Assembly (NCBI GenBank): GCA_045863295.1
Contig: BTWA01000008.1
Span: 32,001-96,000 of the forward strand
Direction of reading: 5' to 3'
From: Candidatus Hydrogenedentota bacterium
Lineage (GTDB): Bacteria; Hydrogenedentota; Hydrogenedentia; Hydrogenedentales; SLHB01
Length of the DNA: 64,000 bases
The first letter of the stretch is position 1. Every line of letters begins with the position of its first letter. Positions 31,801 to 40,376 of the stretch are shown here, in pieces. The notes beneath the pieces were generated by a model. That model was not told where the DNA came from and did not search any database. It saw only the letters and a list, made by a program, of their open reading frames with translations. Made by a program: the position numbers and the translations under genes.

Positions 31801-32843
31801 GCATGGTACATCTCGCGGCGGATGCGGAGAAGAATGCGATGATGCAATTGAAGCCGCTGTCGCAAGAGGACTACGCGGAATCGGGAAGGGTCTACTGGAT
31901 GTTCAGTCAGACCGCGCACGTGGACGGAAGGTTCGAGTTCGATCGCGTGCCGTCTATTCCGCTGGAAGTGGGCCGGATGGTGATTGCCGCGCAACGCGCG
32001 GAATTGTCGCACACCACGACGCTCACGCCCGCGCCCGGCGAAACGAGCATCGTGCACATCGGCGGCGATGGCGCGGTCGTGGAAGGGTCCATCGATCTCG
32101 CCGCCTTGAGCGAAACCGGTAGGAAGGCCTTTGATCCAAAGCACATTCGCGCGGCGGCGGTGCTTGTAAACGGAACTGGCAACGCACCCGCTTCGCGATA
32201 CGTGCCGCAATTCAAAGAAGACGGATCGTTTCGAATCGACGGAATGCCGCGGGGCGATTATGAAATGGAATTCTTCTTCCACGCCCCTCCCTCCCGCTAT
32301 GTGTGCGGGTCCGGCATACTGCTCGCCACCGCTACGGCATCCTTTTCGGTGGCGAAAGGCATCAGGGGTGAGACCGTGGTCATCCCGGCGATTCCAATGG
32401 AAGAGCCCAACACCCCGCAAACAGGCGGAACCGCGCCTGCGCTGCTCGCCTTTACTTTGGACGGCCGGGAGTTCTCCCTGGAATCGCTGCGCGGAAAGAC
32501 CGTGCTCCTCGATTTCTGGGCGACGTGGTGCCCTCCCTGCCGTGACATGACGCCAAAGCTGAAGGCGCTATACGATGCCATCGGCGCAGCCGAATCGCTT
32601 GCGTTTGTGGGGCTATGCTTTGACGAACGCAAAGAGGCGGCACAGAAATACGCAAGCGAATCGGGAATGACTTGGCCGCAATTGATGACGGACAAATGGA
32701 CTCCGGAAAACGTTACCTTGCGTGAATTCGGCGTTACCAGCATTCCATCCCTGTGGGTCCTCGGCCCCGATGGCACCGTGCTTGGACGTGACTTGACCCT
32801 GGAGGAAGCCGAAGTGCTCCTGCGCGAAGCATCCAACCCGTGA
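28860..32843 (+). CDS. ECF sigma factor fused to TM helix, carboxypeptidase-regulatory-like repeats and C-terminal TlpA-like redoxin
   Basis: DAEDVAQECF (region 2), region 4 HTH, repeated G.V.D..G.P...A.V units, LLDFWATWCPPC. Confidence 0.85.
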   Translation: MNTTDSILLQRWAANHDAEALHEIVSRHSRMVYNTCLRVLGNASDAEDVAQECFVKLARGVKPRGDSLAGLLHTMATNMALNRIKMESRRRAREKRYTDQLDQTVEITWEDVQLHVDEALAELPDDVQAVLVAHFFEGRTHESIAMDEGVTRSAITHRVGKGVDLLRAKLARRGVTVAGGALAALLEAAPAEAAAPSLAIALGKLAMAGTAGTAVATGVGGLSIAAKVAIGVAVMAVSATPFFWRYAGPSVGSGQLDVDEVATAQAQPEPPAPQLAAAAKPNDEPGKAPDGIEIETVTVSDTGFVRGGVHWTNDWPYGKFRGETTDRDGKATLTVQPDGSESWMAFSQNTTKCALVRFSRADAEKPRQIALTLNSAALYGRIVGPDGSGVGKAQVQLRYTAEDGEEFLSAPITANKYGYYGSESLPTADHWSLSVRVVPPGDEPAGPWSEPMPLMSKCTAITFPDVAVSAETAANIEANQVLEGFRERIYETGPVVAYGGFVRDEAGAPVTFASVELMHDVPSGMVTTSQAMTDEKGHWTRMLPENVTGLQVRVQHPQFIPTTVDEEYKDPPLARMKDGTSEIRLRRGRTVKGLVQNEKGEPIPDALVLCGRFYSYTPGGYEPNASTPIEDMTTTRTNANGEFELACLAPGEVTMPVSAKGYAPAIAKLSVGETANEIQVTLPKGGTVKGRIVDTQGNPLSGGYAYGNQWVMDQQYQISMSALADENGQFVLDNVPMEGTVSLSFGVRGIDGRRDRRFLSMTSNEMTPREEPYVITMYMPPVFKGKVVDDETGQPVTDFWVKNGWIFSNSESVDWIQMSSPSHFENAADGSFEKKVDGVHLSYPINVTFVVGVFADGYYESVSPAMQPGEELAPFEIRLKKGAPVTGRVADAQGNPVAKANVVWVGSNTKAFVENAIVAPRYGGQPEFTVETGDDGLFSLQRNAESGIVLVLHESGYAHINATEHAPGGDVLLTPWARVEGMVHLAADAEKNAMMQLKPLSQEDYAESGRVYWMFSQTAHVDGRFEFDRVPSIPLEVGRMVIAAQRAELSHTTTLTPAPGETSIVHIGGDGAVVEGSIDLAALSETGRKAFDPKHIRAAAVLVNGTGNAPASRYVPQFKEDGSFRIDGMPRGDYEMEFFFHAPPSRYVCGSGILLATATASFSVAKGIRGETVVIPAIPMEEPNTPQTGGTAPALLAFTLDGREFSLESLRGKTVLLDFWATWCPPCRDMTPKLKALYDAIGAAESLAFVGLCFDERKEAAQKYASESGMTWPQLMTDKWTPENVTLREFGVTSIPSLWVLGPDGTVLGRDLTLEEAEVLLREASNP

Positions 32844-32955
32844 GGAATCGGATGATCGATTTCGGGCCGCGTGGTCATGATATACTGCGCAACAGGATTC
32901 CCGTTGCCGGGGCAACGCGAAATTCACCAAGTCAGATTTCCGATGGAGACTGATC

Positions 32956-33300
32956 ATGGCCTTCAAGAAATCCGATTTCAAAATGCGTATACGCGAGGAA
33001 GCCCATCGCAAGGTAAAGCCGCAAGGCGGCGCGAAAGGTCAAGCGGGCTTTCGCGACGCGGTGGAACGGGGCCGTCGTGAATTGCTGCTGAAAGGCGACG
33101 AAGGCGGAGACAGCAAGGCCCAACGCATCAAAGGCGAATTACTGTACCTGATTAACAACTACGTACCCGCCAACGATGCCCGTATCGAAACGCTAATCGA
33201 TCAGTGGCGAACCAGCGGCGACCCATCCTATTCGACCGACATTCGCGCCAAGTTCTTGCGCGCCCGCCGCGACTACAGCAAGAAAAGCGACGCGCTGTAA
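32956..33300 (+). CDS. Hypothetical protein
   Basis: 114-aa ORF with GGAG RBS and host codon usage. Confidence 0.6.
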   Translation: MAFKKSDFKMRIREEAHRKVKPQGGAKGQAGFRDAVERGRRELLLKGDEGGDSKAQRIKGELLYLINNYVPANDARIETLIDQWRTSGDPSYSTDIRAKFLRARRDYSKKSDAL

Positions 33301-33359
33301 GACGCGCCCCGCCTTGCCAGACCCGCATCCGTGCACACTCAATACTGGCCAAACCCAGT

Positions 33360-33389
33360 TTGTACCGCACTCGATTTAATTGCTATACT
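33360..33389 (+). promoter_or_regulatory. Probable tRNA promoter
   Basis: TTGTAC-18bp-TATACT with extended TG. Confidence 0.45.
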
Positions 33390-33406
33390 CCCACATTCCC
33401 ACCTCG

Positions 33407-33483
33407 GGGCGGTTAGCTCAGTTGGTTAGAGCATCTGCCTTACACGCAGAGGGCCAAAGGTTCGAGTCCTTTACCGCCCACCA
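33407..33483 (+). tRNA. tRNA-Val(TAC), also the left att junction of element 1
   Basis: Acceptor GGGCGGT/ACCGCCC-ACCA; anticodon arm TCTGC-CTTACAC-GCAGA; T arm AAAGG-TTCGAGT-CCTTT. Confidence 0.97.
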
Positions 33484-35115
33484 TTTTTCTACCCCGTTTT
33501 TTTCTTGGGTTTTCTCAAAACCCCTGTCTTTATTGGCCGATCCGCGTGTCGTGTCCGATGCACTAGGTAATGTCTTATTTGTTGCAATATGTGACTCAGA
33601 TTGACTCGAAATGTCACCGTTTGGGGAAGAATTGGGGAAGGAATGGGGGAAGGAATTCGCGGGGGCATCTGCCGATCCGTGTGCCGCTTGGGCAACGTCT
33701 TGCCCTTGGGCTTCGCCGCCGATCCATGGCAAGGATTCCACCGCGCCGCGCATATCGAGGGCTTGCGGGTCCGTGTAGGTTTGCATCGTTAGGCGAATGT
33801 CCGAATGCCGCGCCAATGCCTGGGCCGTCCGTGGGGCCACGCCCGCCGCGTTCATCCACGAGATGCACGTCATGCGAAGGCTATGCACGTCCACCGTGCG
33901 CCCGCGCTGGTCTCGCTTGGCAATGCCCGCCGCCTTCAAGTCGAGGTTGAAGGGCTTGATCATCTTCAAGGGCAAGTCATCGAACAATCGGGATTGCGGG
34001 TCCAATGCCATCGGGAAGGGCCGCCGGGCCGCTTGTGCGCCTTCCTGGGCCGTTTTCAGCCGTAGGGCAAGATATTCGCGCAAGGCTTCGCAGACTTCGC
34101 CACGCAGGGGCACCGTGGCCGCTTGCCGGTTCTTTGCGTTTGCCGCCGCAAGGTGCAATCGCTTGCCGGGCAAGTCGAGGTCACACACGCGAAGCGAATG
34201 AAGTTCGCCCATGCGCAAGCCGCTATAGATCGCCGTTGTGTAGAAGGCCGCGTTCCGTTCGCCATGCAATCGCGCCGCTGCCAAGACGTGGGGCCGTGGA
34301 TTCGCCTTGTGGGGTTTCCGTTCCTTGGGGGCCGCGCCCTTGGGCTTGCGTCCGCCGTGGTTATAAAGCACTTCGTATGTGGGCCGTTGCCGGGCCGCTT
34401 GAATGAGCCGGGCCGCTTCATCCGGGGTCAAGGCCCGCCGTTGCCGCCGTTGATCCACCGCTTCGCTTGCGCGATCCATCCGGGCGAAAGGGTTCGCCGT
34501 ATGCCGCCCCGTTTCGAGTAGCCAATTCCCGAAGGCCGTCAAGGCGATTACGTGGGCATTGTGCAGACGCGCACCCATGGGGTTGCCAGACTGCCGCCGT
34601 TGTTCGTGAAGCCATCGCATCGCGCCTTGTCTGTCGAGGTCGGCAATGCGCCGGAAGCCGCAACCGTTGATCACGCGGTTCAAGTATCGCGCCACACTGG
34701 CAACATGCTTCGAGGTTGCGCCGCGCAATTCGAGGGCTTGCCGGTAGGCTTCAACGTGGGCCGTCAAGGGCACCGCCGCATGCTGGGCCGCCTTCGCTTC
34801 CGAGGGCGATACAAGGCCCGCCCGGATTCGTTCCGCTTCGCCTTCCCATTTGGAAAGCACCGCCGCCGCCGCGCTCTTGTCTTTACAGCCCGTGGATCGT
34901 TCGATCACCGTGTCATCGCCGCCGCGATACTTCGCCACCCATGCCGGGCTTGTGCGTTGAATCCGCAAGGCATCGCCTTTGCCGCTCACAACCGGGGCCG
35001 TCTGTGTCTTGCCCTGGGCATCGATCCACCGCGCAAACCGCTTGCCCTTCGAGGTGAACAATTCCGCGCCGTCTGGCATCGGGGCCGTGTATTTCTTGCG
35101 AATCAGGCTTGCCAT
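33418..35115 (-). CDS. Tyrosine integrase (integrated form; C-terminus read antisense through the tRNA)
   Basis: YSGLRMGEL, AKN, DVHSLR, ARHSDIRLTMQTY catalytic motifs. Confidence 0.93.
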   Translation of the reverse strand: MASLIRKKYTAPMPDGAELFTSKGKRFARWIDAQGKTQTAPVVSGKGDALRIQRTSPAWVAKYRGGDDTVIERSTGCKDKSAAAAVLSKWEGEAERIRAGLVSPSEAKAAQHAAVPLTAHVEAYRQALELRGATSKHVASVARYLNRVINGCGFRRIADLDRQGAMRWLHEQRRQSGNPMGARLHNAHVIALTAFGNWLLETGRHTANPFARMDRASEAVDQRRQRRALTPDEAARLIQAARQRPTYEVLYNHGGRKPKGAAPKERKPHKANPRPHVLAAARLHGERNAAFYTTAIYSGLRMGELHSLRVCDLDLPGKRLHLAAANAKNRQAATVPLRGEVCEALREYLALRLKTAQEGAQAARRPFPMALDPQSRLFDDLPLKMIKPFNLDLKAAGIAKRDQRGRTVDVHSLRMTCISWMNAAGVAPRTAQALARHSDIRLTMQTYTDPQALDMRGAVESLPWIGGEAQGQDVAQAAHGSADAPANSFPHSFPNSSPNGDISSQSESHIATNKTLPSASDTTRGSANKDRGFEKTQEKNGVEKWWAVKDSNLWPSACKADALTN

Positions 35116-35185
35116 GATCGTGTGATTCCTTTCCGGTTGCCGGGCCGAATCCTAACGCGACAAACGCAAGGCTGCAAGTTCGTGG

Positions 35186-35416
35186 TCATCGCCGGGGCCG
35201 TGTTGTGCGAACGTCCGGGCATCCATCCGCAATCCATTGTTCGATTTCCGCAATGCGCCACCGCACCGCGCCGCCAATGCGAATAGGCCGGGGCATCGCG
35301 CCCTTGTCGCGCATGCGAAACACTTGCCGCGTGGAAATGCTGCATGCTTGCGCCACGTCTTTGGCCGTCCAGAGTAGGCCGGTTTGCCGTACATCGTTTT
35401 CATGGGGTCCGTGCAT
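35186..35416 (-). CDS. AlpA-family excisionase/regulator
   Basis: KDVAQACSIS..VFRM...MPRPIRIGGAVRWRIAEIEQWI. Confidence 0.85.
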   Translation of the reverse strand: MHGPHENDVRQTGLLWTAKDVAQACSISTRQVFRMRDKGAMPRPIRIGGAVRWRIAEIEQWIADGCPDVRTTRPRR

Positions 35417-35735
35417 ACTGTTTTTGATTCCTTGATTTAACGTGCGAACGGGGTCACTGGCGGTACACTGTGAGCGATCACGATCTTTTACCCCCCATTG
35501 GGGGCCGGGGCTTGTCCGCGCATTGCACCGTGGGTTTGCCGCGCAACGGAATGCCGGGGCCGATCAATGCCCGCGCCTTGCGTTCCGCATCGCTTGGATC
35601 GCTTGCCCAAACCCGCGCCACCGGGCCGCGCTTGAATGTGACAATGTATCGAGTCATCCGCCATTCTCCGGTTGTGTGTGTAACCGATACGCTACGTCCA
35701 ATTTCGCGGGTTCACGCATGCGACGTTCTCCGCGC

Positions 35736-36620
35736 TCAATCGCCGCTGGGGTCTGAGTTTTCGATACCCCTTGCCCGGCATGATCCGTGTGTAAGTTGAA
35801 CCCACGCTGACAGGTGTTTTAGGAATGGATTCGAGTCGTTCGCGCATTTGAGCGACATTCGCACCCCGTCCGCCGCTTGACTTGGATCAATGTGCATCAG
35901 AATTCGCGCCGCTTCAGTTCGATCCCGGCCAACTATGCCAAAGCCATCCAAAATCGCATCCAATGCGCCCGGGGTACAGCAATCATCGGCATTCGCAGAC
36001 TTAGGCTGGATGGTACTTATACTGATCGGCGCACTTCGTGCGGGAGAGAATCCCGAATCTGGATCATGTATCGGCGCATTCTGTGCGGGAGGTTGTTTCT
36101 CACACCCGGAGGTATCGGCGCATTTCGTGCGGGACATATCGGCGCACTTGGTATGTGAGCATTTTTTCACCCTGTAGTCTGTACGTCTAATCCGTTTTCC
36201 GTTTGCTCTTGCTTTTCGGCTTGTGATTTGAACCTGAATTTTCGGGTTAATAGTGGCGTCCTTCCACCGAATCGATGCTTCGTACCGCCGTGGTGCGCCT
36301 GCACGCGATTCTTGAATGTCCGCTGGGGCATCGAAGAAGCCCGCTATACAGATTTCCTTCACCGCTCTATGAAAGGCCCGCTCGCTGAAAGGCAATTCGC
36401 CTGTATAGGCGAAGATGAACACGGCATTACACGTGTCCCACTTGCTTGCGCGATAGTAGGCGAGAGCCATGTAGGGGAACACAGCCTTAGCCATTAATGA
36501 GAGTTGAAAATACGCAGGACAGTCGAGTAGGTCACATCTAAGAGGGACAGACTTTCCACTTCCAAGAAACCCGCGAATATTCGAGTTGCTTTTCCCGGTC
36601 TTTTGATTCTTCCTTGCCAT
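35736..36620 (-). CDS. Putative replication initiator of element 1
   Basis: wHTH-like N-terminus; internal 21-bp repeats; similar to 40902-41756. Confidence 0.55.
   Translation of the reverse strand: MARKNQKTGKSNSNIRGFLGSGKSVPLRCDLLDCPAYFQLSLMAKAVFPYMALAYYRASKWDTCNAVFIFAYTGELPFSERAFHRAVKEICIAGFFDAPADIQESRAGAPRRYEASIRWKDATINPKIQVQITSRKARANGKRIRRTDYRVKKCSHTKCADMSRTKCADTSGCEKQPPAQNAPIHDPDSGFSPARSAPISISTIQPKSANADDCCTPGALDAILDGFGIVGRDRTEAARILMHIDPSQAADGVRMSLKCANDSNPFLKHLSAWVQLTHGSCRARGIENSDPSGD
36025..36158. repeat. Four 21-bp iteron-like direct repeats
   Basis: ATCGGCGCA(C/T)T(T/C)..(G)TGCGGGA at 36025, 36070 and 36114; degenerate copy at 36138. Confidence 0.75.
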
Positions 36621-36738
36621 CGCTCATGCTTTCAGCCTTGCACGAACGGCGCATATCATGGCAGAATTCCAATACAAGAAATCGCCTAGTATATGGCCGC
36701 GATACCCTGCAAGTGCTACCCGCTTGCGGGGTTTCGTG

Positions 36739-36936
36739 TTATTGGCCGCTGATTTCGTGCAGGAAAGATTCGAGGTCGTGGGATGCAACGAAAAGCCGCC
36801 CACCCACGCGGTTAACTGCAAGCCGCCTGCCACCTACCCCTTGCTTTGCCCAACGCCACAACGTTGCGCGGTGGATCCGTGTGCCCATGGTTTGGTGAAT
36901 GTAGTGGGCCGCTTCGCTCAGTGTGAAGTTTTTCAT
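36739..36936 (-). CDS. DUF1580-like HTH DNA-binding protein
   Basis: TLSEAA..IHRATLWRW..G...RL...RVGGRLF. Confidence 0.75.
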   Translation of the reverse strand: MKNFTLSEAAHYIHQTMGTRIHRATLWRWAKQGVGGRRLAVNRVGGRLFVASHDLESFLHEISGQ

Positions 36937-37027
36937 GACTCATGCTCCAAGGTTTACGGTTGCGTCAAACACAACTGAAGTTAACCATGAAACAGAAGAG
37001 TTGGAAAGAGCTTGGAGAGGCAATATA

Positions 37028-37081
37028 GGACAAATACTAGCAGTGTCCCATGAAAATGGGACAAATACTAGCAGTGTCCCA
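37028..37081. repeat. Perfect 23-bp direct repeat with palindromic ends
   Basis: GGACAAATACTAGCAGTGTCCCA at 37028-37050 and 37059-37081. Confidence 0.85.
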
Positions 37082-37712
37082 AGTCCTTAGATTCCAGTCT
37101 GGCAATATTGCGTCCCAAGGTCTTCAAAGACACACGCGGTTTCTCTAACATTGCAATCACTTCCGGCATTGCCCTGAACCGATCAAACTTCGCCGCACGT
37201 TCATATAGAAAAGAATGGGCATACTTTAGCGCCAGATTCCGAGAGGCCGTAGGATTCCGTTGCCGGTATTCTTGATAGACATTGAACACTTCGGAAAGGA
37301 TTTCTTCTGGTACTACTGTACCCTTCAATTGGGGACCGCGCTTCGTATCATTTAGATTCTTTTCGCCGCGCACTTGCAAGGCTTCGAGACGAATTGCCCT
37401 GTCTGCTCCGGGGATTAATTTATCGAAGTCACTAACTGACATCATGAAATGTGGCAACACCATTTCAGTTAGTTCTTTCAAGAGACTGTCAACTTCCCAT
37501 CTTCGGTCTGCATTCTCTGGACTGCCGGGGTTTTCCCAGATCACTTCAAGAATTGAACGCAATTCCTGTAATCGGTGGTCGACTGTTTTTGCAAAATTAA
37601 TGTGTTCGACAATCCACTTCATTGCTCCATTTGCGTTCAGTTCCATACCCGCGTTTTTGTATAAAGAATCGTCATCGTCGGGAAAAATTGCATTGTAATC
37701 ATCGCGTTCCAT
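37068..37712 (-). CDS. Hypothetical protein of element 1 (lower GC)
   Basis: Long ORF; helical; no recognised family. Confidence 0.6.
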   Translation of the reverse strand: MERDDYNAIFPDDDDSLYKNAGMELNANGAMKWIVEHINFAKTVDHRLQELRSILEVIWENPGSPENADRRWEVDSLLKELTEMVLPHFMMSVSDFDKLIPGADRAIRLEALQVRGEKNLNDTKRGPQLKGTVVPEEILSEVFNVYQEYRQRNPTASRNLALKYAHSFLYERAAKFDRFRAMPEVIAMLEKPRVSLKTLGRNIARLESKDLGHC

Positions 37713-38014
37713 GTGCTCACATCCTTTGTCACTTGCAATGCACGCAACATTATAGACGCTTTGGGTCCTTCCTTCATGCCTTGGCACCGTGCGCCCCTGG
37801 AATCGCCAAACTTTTGTGCAGCCGAAGATCATTTTTGCGGGTTCCGGTTTCGAGTTGGGGCTAATTGACTAGCATGCGAATCGGTACGCGGGGTATCTAA
37901 GTCGTTTAGATTTGAAACCCAAATAGGCAAAAATCGCCCCGCGAACACACAACACTAAACGGGCGGTACGCGGGCAAGACGGTTCAACCGGCAACCCCCT
38001 ACCCCCTGGGGCCG

Positions 38015-38227
38015 TCAATGCAATTGCAAGGCTTTGCCGCACCGTCCGCAATAGTTTGCATGTGGCGGGGCAATCGTGGGCTTCCCGCACGCGGGGCAAG
38101 GGGCCATGTTTTGAACCGGCACGGGTTCAAGGGTAGGGCAATACACGAGGTCATGGTGTGCGCTCATACCGAAAGGCCCGGCAACCGGGGTCACACCATC
38201 GGGGGCATGTGAACGTTTCGAGGGCAT
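38015..38227 (-). CDS. Small double zinc-ribbon-like protein
   Basis: CPACG and CGRCG motifs; AAGGA RBS; begins right after the 38234 stop. Confidence 0.55.
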   Translation of the reverse strand: MPSKRSHAPDGVTPVAGPFGMSAHHDLVYCPTLEPVPVQNMAPCPACGKPTIAPPHANYCGRCGKALQLH

Positions 38228-38233
38228 GGTCCT

Positions 38234-38497
38234 TTATCCCTTTCCGTTGCCTTCGAGTAGGGCCGCAATGAGCCGTGCCCGGTCCATTGCGTTCAATGCC
38301 CGGAAGGCATCCGCCAAGGCCGCTACGGGGTCCGCCGCCACGCCCTGGGCCGTTGACTCCGTGGGCCGTTCCTGGGGGCTTGCCGGGGCCGGTTCACCCG
38401 CGCCAATTTCGGATTTTGGGGAAGCCACAGGGGAAGGAAAATCCGGGGCACTCGCAAGTGTAGTGCTTTCAATTCCTTCCGAGGTGAGGCCGTCTGA
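38234..38497 (-). other. Detached 3' end of the integrase gene (87 codons, in frame with the att core)
   Basis: Stop-free from the att core to TAA at 38234-38236, in the frame that continues the integrase across a reconstituted attP. Confidence 0.75.
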
Positions 38498-38542
38498 CTT
38501 ACACGCAGAGGGTCGTAGGTTCGAGTCCTACACCGCCCACCA
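38498..38542 (+). repeat. Right att junction: duplicate 3' half of tRNA-Val
   Basis: CTTACACGCAGAGGGTCGTAGGTTCGAGTCCTACACCGCCCACCA; 40/45 identical to 33439-33483. Confidence 0.92.
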
Positions 38543-38669
38543 GTTTGGTATAATGTAACCCGCGCTGAAATCACCGTTTGCGTGATTACCCGCCAAAACG
38601 CGGCGCAGCCCAATAGGTCCGGGTTTCGTGGTCAATGACCACAAAACCCCTACTGAGAGGTTTGTGCCC

Positions 38670-39863
38670 ATGGGTAGACCACGTAACAGAATTCCTTCCC
38701 TTCTTCGCCGATTATCCCCCCTTGAACGCGCTTCCGGCGCACCGGGCCGGGCGTTCACCCGGGTCAACGGCCAAGACCACTATTTCGGTCCATGGGGTAC
38801 CGACGAAGCACACAGGGCATACCATGCCTTCGTGGCGCAATATGTGGCCGCCGGGTACCGCGTGCCCGTGCCCGCCGACGAAATCACCATCACGGAACTG
38901 TGTGCCGCCTACTGGACATTTGCCAAGGGGTATTACCACTCCGAGGGCGAGCGGTTTATGATTCACCGGGTGTGCGAGGCGCTCAAGAATCATTACGGCG
39001 GGGAACCAGCGGCGGACTTCGGGCCGCTCAAGTGCGAGGCGTTGCTTCACTGGTTTGTGTCCCAAGACCTGAGCCGCACCGGCGTCAATCACTGCCTGGG
39101 CCGCATCAAGCGGCTTCTCCGCTGGGGCGTGACCAAGGAACTGGTGCAACCCGACACCTATGCCAAGGTTGCGGCGCTGCCGGGCCTCCGGAAAGGCCGA
39201 AGCGCGGCGCGTGAGGGGCGCACGGTACTTCCCCCGCCCGTTGCCGACGTGGACGCCCTCTTGGCGGACGAGGGCACGACGCGGGTTCTTCGCGCACTGG
39301 TCACGGTACAACGGCATTCGGGGGCCCGGGCCGGGGAACTCATGAACTTGACGCCGGGCCATATTGACACCGCAGGGCCGGTGTGGGAAGCCCGGTTGAC
39401 CGAACACAAGACGGCATACAGGGGCCGTGAGCGGATCTTGTTCTTCGGGCCGGAATGTCAGGCGGTCTTGAAGCCGTTGATGCTTCGGAAGGCGGACGCT
39501 CCGCTGTTCTCCCCCGCCGAAAGCGAAGCGGAACGCCGTGCGTTGATTCACTCCAAACGCAAGACGCCGTTATCGTGTGGCAACCGGCCCGGGACGAATC
39601 GGGTTGCCAACCCGGAAACCGCTCCGGCGGATCGCTACACCGTGGATTCTTACCGGCGGGCATTGTCCCATGCGTGCCGTCGGGCCAAGGTGAAGGCATT
39701 CAGTCCGCATCAACTCCGGCATCTGGCCGCGACTGAGATTCGCGCTAAGTACGGTCTTGAAGCCGCCCAAGTCATGCTGGGCCACGCGGGCATGGCCATT
39801 ACGCAATTGTATGCGGAACAAGACTTCAATCTTGCCCGCCGCGTGGCTCAGGCCATGGGATGA
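38670..39863 (+). CDS. Tyrosine integrase of element 2
   Basis: SGARAGEL, EHKT, PHQLRH, LGH, TQLYAE; N-terminal NGQDHYFG. Confidence 0.93.
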   Translation: MGRPRNRIPSLLRRLSPLERASGAPGRAFTRVNGQDHYFGPWGTDEAHRAYHAFVAQYVAAGYRVPVPADEITITELCAAYWTFAKGYYHSEGERFMIHRVCEALKNHYGGEPAADFGPLKCEALLHWFVSQDLSRTGVNHCLGRIKRLLRWGVTKELVQPDTYAKVAALPGLRKGRSAAREGRTVLPPPVADVDALLADEGTTRVLRALVTVQRHSGARAGELMNLTPGHIDTAGPVWEARLTEHKTAYRGRERILFFGPECQAVLKPLMLRKADAPLFSPAESEAERRALIHSKRKTPLSCGNRPGTNRVANPETAPADRYTVDSYRRALSHACRRAKVKAFSPHQLRHLAATEIRAKYGLEAAQVMLGHAGMAITQLYAEQDFNLARRVAQAMG

Positions 39864-40376
39864 ACACCCATGCAAAAAAACAAGCTCACGGACGTTGCGT
39901 TGAACTTACTGGTCGCGGATGTGGCCGGACTCCGGGATGAACTCCGGGGCTTTGCCGCTAACCTGCAATCCCTGTTCGATGGACTCGGGGGCACCGCGAG
40001 GGCAACTAGGAAGACTTGAGGCGCTATGCGGTCCGCAAGGTGGCGTGCATCTCGCGCATGGGCGTGCCGTATCTCCCGAGGAAATGGCGCGCGTCATGGC
40101 GGCCGGCGACGCGATTGAACGATTCGGAATGGCCCTCAAGGGCGCGGTCAATGCGGCGCCCGTGGCACTTGCACGCTGGCTTGCGAATGTGGCGAACTCC
40201 GGTACCGGCACGGTGACGGAGAGTGAAGACAGTCCGACAGCAGGAGATGTATCAACCGCAAGTAGAGACTGTGGGGACCGGAAGTGGGAATCACACTATT
40301 GTTGCCCGACCCAAGAATGCTGGAGACGTCATGGAGGCTCTGCAAGGTTGGGCCACCATCCTAACGCAGAAACGTT

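Larger units (their letters stand above)
33439..38542. mobile_element. Element 1: about 5.06-kb integrative element in tRNA-Val
   Basis: 45-bp tRNA 3'-half direct repeats at 33439-33483 and 38498-38542; integrase, AlpA/Xis, Rep-like and HTH genes. Confidence 0.9.

Noticed and set aside
38461..38542. Second complete tRNA-Val
   Set aside because: The 5' acceptor strand and D arm are missing; only the 3' half is present
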